Shown here one piece after another: positions 1-7,600 of a stretch of 38,717 nt of DNA (the stretch's first letter is position 1; each line of letters opens with the position of its first letter). Source of the DNA: Gemmatimonadales bacterium UBA4720 (lineage in GTDB: Bacteria; Gemmatimonadota; Gemmatimonadetes; Gemmatimonadales; Gemmatimonadaceae). The notes below the pieces were generated by a model. That model made no database searches, was not told where the DNA came from, and saw only the letters and a program-made list of their open reading frames with translations. The stretch is from the NCBI GenBank assembly GCA_002404335.1, contig DHJM01000017.1:22246-60962 (forward strand), given 5' to 3'. Made by a program: the position numbers and the translations under genes.

Positions 1-2
1 CC

Positions 3-443
3 TGCCAGTACAATTCGAACATTCTGGCAACGGATCCGGCTTGCTTGCCTCCATTGGCTGCTGTTGACACGACCAAGATCACTGGCCCGATCTACTTCGA
101 CTTCGACAAGTCGACGATCAGACCGGATGCGGCTGCTACACTTGATGTGAAGCTCCCGTACCTGCAGGCTAACCCGGGTATGAGAATTCGTATCGAGGGT
201 AACGCTGACGAGCGCGGTTCCGACGAGTACAACCTGGCCCTTGGCCAGCGCCGTGCGGCAAGTGCCAAGCGGTACCTCGTTGACCACGGCATTGCGGCAG
301 ATCGCTTCGACCTCGTGAGCTATGGCGAGGAGCGCCCGGTTTGCACCGAGCACAACGAAGCCTGCTGGCAGCAGAACCGTCGCGATGATTTCCGTATCGT
401 GACGATCGGCAGCGACAGGATCGTAATACCACCGCAGGAGTAA
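3..443 (+). CDS. OmpA/Pal-family peptidoglycan-binding protein, C-terminal part (5'-truncated by window edge)
   Basis: OmpA C-like motifs IYFDFDKSTI, IEGNADERGSDEYNLALGQRRA, SYGEERP, NRR. The frame is open from base 3 (CQYNSNILATDPAC...), so the start lies upstream. Confidence 0.9.
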   Translation, partial: CQYNSNILATDPACLPPLAAVDTTKITGPIYFDFDKSTIRPDAAATLDVKLPYLQANPGMRIRIEGNADERGSDEYNLALGQRRAASAKRYLVDHGIAADRFDLVSYGEERPVCTEHNEACWQQNRRDDFRIVTIGSDRIVIPPQE

Positions 444-449
444 GCACCT

Positions 450-530
450 TCTCTGGCCGGGCCCTCGAAAGAGGGTCCGGTTCAGAGACTAAAAGGCGGA
501 GCGTCCCAAAAAAGGGCGCTCCGCCTTTCT
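450..530. terminator. Two tandem stem-loops after the OmpA-like gene; the second is a probable bidirectional intrinsic terminator
   Basis: 450-488: TCTCTGGCCGGGCCCTC-GAAA-GAGGGTCCGGTTCAGAGA. 492-528: AAAGGCGGAGCGTCCC-AAAAAA-GGGCGCTCCGCCTTT. Confidence 0.75.
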
Positions 531-638
531 GCATCTCCGGACCGCGATCTGAGTCGCAGTGACCAGCAGCTCCCCGGAGTTGGGCACGACTTGAACAGCG
601 GGCTGCGCAGTGCGGAGCGACATAAATCTTTCACCCGA

Positions 639-854
639 GTGCCGATCAGCGGCGACGACCGCCTGATCATCGAGTTGATCAACGACTACTACAGCCGCAG
701 GGAATTCGAATACGTCTTCCTGGGCTTCAAGAGCTTTCCAAATCCAGACGCCGTTCGCACGCTCCGTGAACTCGTCCACCAGAACGTGAAGGCAGTGATA
801 TGGCAGGCGGTCCACCGTCAGATCTCGGCTCCACCCCCTGATGCGCTCCGCTGA
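639..854 (+). CDS. Small hypothetical protein (71 aa from GTG 639; alternative TTG 591)
   Basis: GC3-biased, protein-like codons from 639 (VPISGDDRLIIELINDYYSRREFEYVFLG...). No family recognised. Confidence 0.5.
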   Translation: MPISGDDRLIIELINDYYSRREFEYVFLGFKSFPNPDAVRTLRELVHQNVKAVIWQAVHRQISAPPPDALR

Positions 855-987
855 CATCCGAAGTAGCGAGCCGTCAGTGTGACGCATTTGTGCGACACCA
901 CTGCAAACCCCCGCGCCACGCTTCAGAACTCAATTGCAATCGCGCAAGATAATTCTGACCGGGAACGCACACGGCGAAACTGTCTAA

Positions 988-1044
988 AGCTGTCGGTAGA
1001 GACTGTTAATCACCGGGTTGGGGGTCGAGTCACTCCTCGGGAGC
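988..1044 (+). pseudogene. Decayed tRNA-Asn(GTT) remnant
   Basis: AGCT-GTCGGTAGAG (D-arm relic), GA-CTGTTAA-TCACC (anticodon GTT at 1005-1007), GGGGG-TCGAGT-CACTC (T-arm, one T missing, one stem mismatch), CTCGGGA-G (acceptor 3' strand). The 5' acceptor strand and part of the 5' anticodon stem are missing. Confidence 0.75.
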
Positions 1045-1130
1045 TTTGATAAACCACAAGTCAGTGTTTGGACTTAAACGGGCGGGATCCCCCATCTCTC
1101 GAACGACGCAGCTACTCCGGCGGACGCCTC

Positions 1131-1146
1131 AGGCCCGACCTTTGCA
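1131..1146 (+). promoter_or_regulatory. Putative sigma-54 (-24/-12) promoter
   Basis: AGGCCCGACCTTTGCA has GG(1132-33)-N10-GC(1144-45) with TTGCA, close to the consensus TGGCACG-N4-TTGCW. It lies upstream of the CsbD-like ORF. Confidence 0.45.
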
Positions 1147-1210
1147 TTGATGAGCTAGACTAAGCACCGCTTATTTCTGGCGGCCAACCTCAGTCGGGCG
1201 ATGTACGACC

Positions 1211-1387
1211 ATCAACAAGCGCGGTCTTGAGAACGAGACGACGGGCAAGATGAAGGAAACCGAGGGCAAGTTTCGCGGTGATCTCGGTAAGGCGACTGGC
1301 GACACGAGCGAACATGTGAAGGGTCGGGCCGAGGAAGCCAAGGGCAAGATCCAGAAGGATTTCGGTCAGACCGAGCGCAAGGTGTAA
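1211..1387 (+). CDS. CsbD-like general stress protein, absent from the ORF track; either starts at ATG 1250 (45 aa) or is a frameshifted pseudogene
   Basis: Translation INKRGLENETTGKMKETEGKFRGDLGKATGDTSEHVKGRAEEAKGKIQKDFGQTERKV* fits the CsbD pattern (GKxKExxGK...GKATGD...G.AEEAKGKIQ). The nearest upstream ATG (1201) is out of frame. Confidence 0.7.
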   Translation: MNKRGLENETTGKMKETEGKFRGDLGKATGDTSEHVKGRAEEAKGKIQKDFGQTERKV

Positions 1388-1640
1388 GGCAAATGAAGGA
1401 GTTGAAGCAAGTGAAGGTGGACTTCTCCGTTACCGAGCCCATGGCAAACTGGTGGTCGAAGGTCACGCGGAAGCCGTGGACGCGGCAAATCGGCGCGGGC
1501 AATTCCGGCTCCTGATCGCCGATCCATATCTCGCGGCGCTGAAAAAGAAAAAGATGGAGGATTCGCCTGATGCGGGAAACCGCGCTCGGCCTTTCGAAAA
1601 TTAGCTGACTGAAAACCACCAGAGCCTTAAGGAGGCCAAT

Positions 1641-2543
1641 ATGTACACGCACAATCTTCTGCATCGGGTACGGACGCTTGCTCGACCCGGACTTGCCGCA
1701 GGAGTCCTCGTCACTTTGGCGCTGCTCTCCGCGGCGTGCAGCAACGACTCCGCGTCCCGAATCAACGCGCCCCCGCTCCTCTCATCCAGCTCGGTCAACA
1801 GCCAATCAGCCGCGGCGTCGAATTTCGCGGTGCTCGCCAACCAAGCGGTGACCTGCACGGACGGCACCATCATCGGCGACGTGGGGACGTTTCAGGCCAA
1901 GCCCACCGGCTCGGTCACCCTGACAAGTTGTCCTGTTACGGGGACGATTCACGTGGGCGACGGAGTCGCCAAGCAGGCTTACAATGCCTTCCTCGCGGAG
2001 TACGCTGCACTCGCGCCCCAGGTAGGGCAATGCGATCAAGCCCATACTTTGACGGGTACGCTAGCTGCCCAAACGCTCCCGCCTGGTACCTACTGCATCA
2101 GCTCGGTGGAGAAGACCGGCACGTTGACGCTCAATGGCGGCGGGTCGTACATCTTTCTGGTCTCTGGCGCTTTGACGGGCACCAACTTCAATGTGGTCTT
2201 GGCCAACGGCGCGCAGGCTTGCGACGTCACGTGGCTGAGCACCGCGGCCGCGACCTTGACCACTTCGAACTTCGTCGGAACGATCCTCTCCGGGGCGGCC
2301 ATCACCCTGACCGGCGGCACGTTCCACGGGAACGCCTATGCGAAGGCCGACGTGACGATCACGGGCACCGCGGTCACCGGCTGCGAGGGCAGCAAGCGCA
2401 ATGGCAATGACAAGGACAAGTGCAACCAGGGCGTGGGCAACGGACCCGAGGGCTGCGATCCGGGCAACTCGAACCACCGCCATGGGTCGAATGACGAGGA
2501 CGGCGGGACCCCCGGCAACCCGGGCCGCAAAGGCGATCGCTAA
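1641..2543 (+). CDS. DUF3494 ice-binding-like lipoprotein with a G/N/D/H-rich C-terminal tail
   Basis: AAGGAGG RBS; lipobox LSAAC; DUF3494 motifs FAVLANQAVT, IIGDVG, TLPPGTYC, LTLNG, VVLANGAQACDVTW, FVGTILSGAAITL. Confidence 0.85.
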   Translation: MYTHNLLHRVRTLARPGLAAGVLVTLALLSAACSNDSASRINAPPLLSSSSVNSQSAAASNFAVLANQAVTCTDGTIIGDVGTFQAKPTGSVTLTSCPVTGTIHVGDGVAKQAYNAFLAEYAALAPQVGQCDQAHTLTGTLAAQTLPPGTYCISSVEKTGTLTLNGGGSYIFLVSGALTGTNFNVVLANGAQACDVTWLSTAAATLTTSNFVGTILSGAAITLTGGTFHGNAYAKADVTITGTAVTGCEGSKRNGNDKDKCNQGVGNGPEGCDPGNSNHRHGSNDEDGGTPGNPGRKGDR

Positions 2544-2603
2544 AAGGATACTGCGGGACCGATAACGGTCTCCTTCGACGGCGGTTGAGCATTACGGTGA
2601 CTG

Positions 2604-2834
2604 ATGCTCGCCGCCGTTCGCTCAGCCGCGCTCGTTGGAATCGATGCCTATGATGTAATCGTCGAGGTGGACGCCGCCGCTGGTCTTCCCCAGTGGACGA
2701 TCGTCGGGCTCGCCGCAGGCGCGGTGGGCAACGGGCGCGAGGCCTGCGATCCTGGCGACTCGGATCACCATAACGGGTCGAATGACAAGGGCGACGGAAA
2801 CCGGGGCCACCACGGCCGGGACGGCGGTCAGTAA
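2604..2834 (+). pseudogene. Chimeric 76-aa ORF: comM N-terminal 41 aa fused to a second copy of the DUF3494 tail
   Basis: aa 1-41 are 39/41 identical to the ComM N-terminus (4483-4361, minus strand). aa 41-76 align without gaps to the DUF3494 tail at 2433-2543 (20/36 identical, same stop position). Confidence 0.85.
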
Positions 2835-2907
2835 GCCGGTTCGAGAACCGTGAGGTTGGTGGGGGCGGCGACGTCTCGCTCGCCCCCCTTCCTCACTCTC
2901 GAGCGGC
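2835..2907. terminator. Long imperfect stem-loop between the convergent chimeric ORF and comM
   Basis: Nested pairs GCCG/CGGC, TTCGAGA/TCTCGAG, GTGAGG/CCTCAC, GGGGGCG/CGCCCCC, GCGA/TCGC. No U-tract. Confidence 0.5.
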
Positions 2908-2932
2908 AGGTCGAGCGGGACCGGCGCGAACT

Positions 2933-4483
2933 TCACGCTGAGTTCGCAGCAGTCGGTAGGATCGGAGCCGCCCGCGACAACGGGCGGTAGCGAAGAGCCT
3001 CTCCTACGTGAGCCGACGCAATCTCCTTGACATCATCGAGGTCGGCAATCGTGCGCGCGACTTTCAGGACGCGATGATAGCCGCGCGCTGACAGGCCGAG
3101 ACGCTCGGCCGCTGTGTGAAGGAGCGTCCTCGCTTCGGGATGTACTGGTGTATTGGCATCGAGCCAACGGCCGATCGCGTAAGCATTGCAGGATATGCCC
3201 GGCTTTCGTGCGAATCTCCTTCGCTGGATTGCGCGAGCGCGCTCGACTCGTGTGCGAATCGACGGGGAAGAATCACCATCGCTCGTGCCGCTCAGATCGC
3301 GCAGCGCAACGGCGCCAACGGTGACGTGCATGTCGATTCGGTCGGCCAACGGACCGGAGATGCGCGCGTTGTAGCGCTCGATGTCAGTCGCGCTGCAGTT
3401 ACAAACTCCGAGAGGATCGGCCGCTCTGCCGCACGGACACGGATTCGATGCACCGATCAGAGTGAACCGAGCGGGATACGTGACGGCTTGCGATGCGCGA
3501 GCAATTACAACCTTGGCGTCCTCCATCGGCTGTCTCAGTCCATCCAGGACGTGCCGCGGGAACTCGAGCATCTCGTCCAGAAAGAGAACTCCGTGATGAG
3601 CGAGGCTTACCTCTCCCGGACGAGGGAGTGAGCCTCCGCCGATGAGTCCGGCGCACGAGATAGAGTGATGCGGCGCCCGGAAGGGACGCGCCCCTTCGCT
3701 GACGTCGCTTCGCGAGAGTACGCCGGCGACGGAGTGAATCGCGATCACCTCCAGCGCTTCCTCTTCGGTCAATGGAGGCAGGATCGTCGGAAGCCGTCGC
3801 GCCAGCATCGTTTTCCCGGCGCCTGGCGGCCCGATGAGCAACACGTTGTGTCCGCCCGCGGCGGCAACTTCGAGGGCGCGCTTGGCTCCCTGCTGGCCGA
3901 CGACGTCTGCGAAATCAGTTCCATCGCCGTTCCGCGTCGACGCGACGGACACTTCAACGGCGCGCGTCAGCGTTCCGGCGCGCAGCTCGCGCACTAGATC
4001 CGCCAGTGTGCTCGGCGCGCAAAGTGCGAGCGCGCTCACGCGACTGGCTTCCGCGACGTTGGGGGCGGGAAGAATGAGCGTTGCGACACGAGTGCGCAGC
4101 GCGTGACGGGCGATCGAAAGCGCGCCGCGCATCGTGCGCAATGCGCCGTCGAGACCGAGCTCGCCAACGAACATTCGCTCCGCGACGACAGCGGACTCGA
4201 GTTGCCCGGTGGCTACAAGAATCCCGATGGCGATCGGCAGATCGAACGCCGTGCCCTCTTTGCGGATGTCCGCCGGCGCCAGGTTCACAGTGATGCGTCT
4301 CGGTGGAACCTTGAACCCGGAATTGACGAGCGCGGCCCCAACTCGCTCGCGGCTCTCCTTTACCGCGCTCGCGGCCAGCCCGACAATCGTCCACTGCGGA
4401 AGCCCTTGCGCCGCATCGACCTCGACAATGACGTCGTACGCGTCAATGCCGACGAGAGCAGCCGAACGGACCGCGGCGAGCAT
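2933..4483 (-). CDS. comM: YifB/ComM Mg-chelatase-like AAA+ ATPase
   Basis: ITVNLAPADIRKEGTAFDLPIA, Walker A GPPGAGKT, RPFRAPHHS, GEVSLAHHGVLFLDE, NPCPCG, SGPLADRID, LSARGYHRVLKVARTIADL. Confidence 0.95.
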   Translation of the reverse strand: MLAAVRSAALVGIDAYDVIVEVDAAQGLPQWTIVGLAASAVKESRERVGAALVNSGFKVPPRRITVNLAPADIRKEGTAFDLPIAIGILVATGQLESAVVAERMFVGELGLDGALRTMRGALSIARHALRTRVATLILPAPNVAEASRVSALALCAPSTLADLVRELRAGTLTRAVEVSVASTRNGDGTDFADVVGQQGAKRALEVAAAGGHNVLLIGPPGAGKTMLARRLPTILPPLTEEEALEVIAIHSVAGVLSRSDVSEGARPFRAPHHSISCAGLIGGGSLPRPGEVSLAHHGVLFLDEMLEFPRHVLDGLRQPMEDAKVVIARASQAVTYPARFTLIGASNPCPCGRAADPLGVCNCSATDIERYNARISGPLADRIDMHVTVGAVALRDLSGTSDGDSSPSIRTRVERARAIQRRRFARKPGISCNAYAIGRWLDANTPVHPEARTLLHTAAERLGLSARGYHRVLKVARTIADLDDVKEIASAHVGEALRYRPLSRAAPILPTAANSA

Positions 4484-4661
4484 GAGTCATCGTATCGCGC
4501 GCCAGGCGGGCAGCGGGAACCGTTTCGAGCCGCCCGAAATCACTGCCACGCACAAGGGCGAGCGGCGAGATATGCGGACAAAACGGTGCTCCCAGCATTC
4601 GGTCACGCAGACGCGTAATAGTGAGGTCAGCGCGAATGAAGAACTTTGGAGATTGTCGGAC

Positions 4662-7600
4662 ATGAATTTGAAGTCGCTCAGCATTGTGATTCTGCTACTC
4701 GCGCTGATTCTTCCCGCGCGGATCGTCGCACAAGTCGGATCGACCACAGACATATTGATGGGCCGGGTCTCGGGACTCGACAGTCAGGCAGTCGCGGGCG
4801 CGCGCATCGAAGCCACGTCGGCCGAGACGGGCATCACACGCACCAAGACCACCGGGGCCGACGGCCGGTACACGATCGTGTTTCCGGATGGCGGCGGAAG
4901 CTACCGCCTCACCGTGCGCGCGATTGGAATGGCCCCCGTCTCACGCGACATCCAGCGGCAAGGCGACGAGGACCGGCTCATCACGGACTTCAACATGGGC
5001 CGCAACGCCACTCAGCTTGCCACCGTGCAGGTCCGCGCGGGGCGGCGGGGCGGCGATCCAAATCAGCGGCCCCAGCCCGGCAGCACGGAACGGAGCCTCA
5101 ATCCGAACCTCATCAATCGCTTGCCCATAGATGCGGGCGATCTGAACGCTCTGGCGGCGCTCGCGCCCGGAGTAATTGTGGTGCCCGGCACGGACACCAC
5201 CAAGGCGTCCTTCAACGTTGCCGGCCAGCCTTCCAACCAGAACAGCATCACCCTGGACGGACTCAGCTTTGGCGCGGGGAGCGTTCCTTCGGAAGCGATT
5301 CGCAACACGCGCGTCGTGACGAACACGTACGACGTCGCGCGCGGGCAGTTCACCGGTGGACAGGTGGCATCAACTACGCGTGGTGGCACCAACAACGTGC
5401 AGGGCGCGTTCAGTTATTCCCTTCGCGATCCCAGCCTCGAGTTCGTGGACGACACGAATCCCGCCTTCGGTCAGAAGTACACGCAGAACCAGGTCAACTT
5501 TGGCGCCGGCGGACCGATCGTGAAGGACAAGCTGTTCACGTTCGGCGCGCTCACATTCTCGCGTCGCACCGATCCGCTTCTCGATCTTCTGGCGGCCGAT
5601 CCGCTGACGCTCCAGCGGCTTGGCACCAATCAAGATTCGGTGAGCCGTTTTCTGAGTATCGTTCAGGGCTTCGGACTCCCGCTCACGTCGCCGCTCGCAC
5701 CCGATGAGCGTCTCAACGACAATACGTCGGCGCTCGTGCGGGTCGACTACAACCTCGCGGAAGACCACTCCCTGATGCTGCGCGGAGACTGGCGAGGCAA
5801 CACTCAGCTCGGCTCGCGCCTCAATGCGCTGGCGCTGCCCCACACTGGCGGTGATCTCAAGGGTTCGAGTGGCGGAGGCATGATGACGCTCACATCCCAC
5901 TTCGGGATGTTCATCAACGAGCTCCGCGGCTACAAGTCGGTCGACAACCGGAATACCACCGGATATTTGTCGGCTCCCGACGGGCGCGTAGTAGTCGCGT
6001 CGGTCCTCGACGATGGGACGAGCGCCATCTCCACCCTCCAGTTCGGAGGAAATCCATCGCTGCCGCAGGAAACGAAATCGAGCCTGCTCGAAATGAGCGA
6101 CGAGATCTCCCGCCTCACGACCACGGGCGGTCACCGCTTCAAGCTCGGCGGACTCATCAACGAGCAAAGGAGCTCCGTAGGATTCGTCCCCAACCGGTTC
6201 GGTACCTTTTCATTCAATTCGCTCGCCGATTTCGCGGCCGGCCTGCCCACACAGTTCACCCGCACGCTCTTCGCGCGCGATCAGGAATCCGCCACCGACA
6301 ATTTCGGCTCATATCTCGGCGATTCATGGCGAGTGAGCCCGAAGGTGCAGTTTACCTACGGACTGCGCGCCGAAGGATCGCGCTATCCCGACAAGCCCGT
6401 ATACAATCCTGAAGTCGATTCGACATTCGGTCGCCGCACGGACAATCTTCCTGCGGAGTTTCACGTCAGCCCGCGCGCGGGATTCACGGTGTTCGTCGGC
6501 GAATCGCAGTTCGGTCCGCCGCCGCTCACACTGCGCGGAGGCTTCGGCGAATTCCGTGGCACTGCTCCGGCCCAGCTCTTCGCCTCGGCGCTCAACGCCA
6601 CTGGTCTCGCCAACGGTCAGTCGCTCCTCACGTGCGTCGGCCCCGCGGCGCCGACCCCCGACTGGGCCCTGTATCTGGCCGATCCTTCCACGATTCCCAC
6701 GTCGTGCAACGGGGGCACGCCGATATTCGCCAACCAGCACCGCAACGTCACGGTCTTCGATCCTGACTTCCAGGCTCCGCGGGCGTGGCGCGCATCGTTT
6801 GGATTGAATCGCCGATTCTGGGATCGCTATTCCTTCTCGATCGACGCTGGCTACGCGCGCGGTGTGGCGCAATCGGGATCGACCGACATCAATCTGGACA
6901 CGGTTCCCAAGTTCACCTTGGCGAATGAAGGCAATCGCCCCGTGTACGCCCCGGCAAACGCGATCGTGCCGAACAGCGGCGTGCTGTCGGTGCTCGGCTC
7001 GCGGCTGCACCCGGAGTTTGGAGTCGTGAGCCAGATCCAGTCGAATCTCCGATCCGACACGAAGCAGATCACCTTCGGGCTCAATGGAATCAACCGCAAA
7101 GGAATTCTGTTCAACGCGTCGTATACGCTCACGAGCTCGTTCGATCAGTCACAGGGTTTCTCGCAAGGCGCGGTGCAGGGCTTTGGTGGAACTGCCGGAT
7201 CGACGGCCGGCAATCCGAACACCTCGGAGTGGGGGCGCAGCGACAATGCGCGGCGCCACGCGCTCCTCGCGACGATCACGTATCCGCTCAAGCCGGTGCT
7301 CGAGCTGACGGCGATCGCGCGCGCGACTTCCGGAAGCTTCTTCGCTCCACTTGTGGGCGGCGACATCAACGGCGACGGACGCAACAACGATCGCGCATTC
7401 GTCTTCGATCCCGCCGCTGCCGCGGCTGCCGGTGATACCGCGGTCGCGAACGGAATGACCCGCTTGCTAGCGAACACCTCGCAGCGCGCGCGCGCTTGCC
7501 TCCTCAGTCAATTGGGGAAGGTCGCCGCCCGCAGCAGCTGCTCGAGCCCGTGGTCTCCCGCGCTCGATCTGCAGGCCAACATCAGGCCTGCCGCGTTCGG

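Noticed and set aside
988-1044. Functional tRNA-Asn
   Set aside because: The 5' acceptor strand and part of the anticodon stem are missing, the T-loop is short and there is no CCA.
1393-1515. 40-aa ORF MKELKQVKVDFSVTEPMANWWSKVTRKPWTRQIGAGNSGS after the CsbD-like ORF
   Set aside because: No recognisable family, and an overlapping frame looks equally protein-like but has no start; possibly a decayed gene, not supportable.
1212-1664. 150-aa minus-strand ORF
   Set aside because: Antisense to the CsbD-like ORF and the DUF3494 start; no family features.
2604-4483. Active invertible switch flipping comM between the inverted 5' copies
   Set aside because: The copies are only about 76% identical with no long perfect core, and there is no recombinase in the window.
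4134-4661. N-terminal extension of the TonB-like ORF (similar extensions on the S8, yajQ, rimO, tmk, lolA and DUF4105 ORFs)
   Set aside because: The extensions overlap neighbouring genes or regulatory DNA; signal peptides, RBSs or family N-termini point to the downstream starts.
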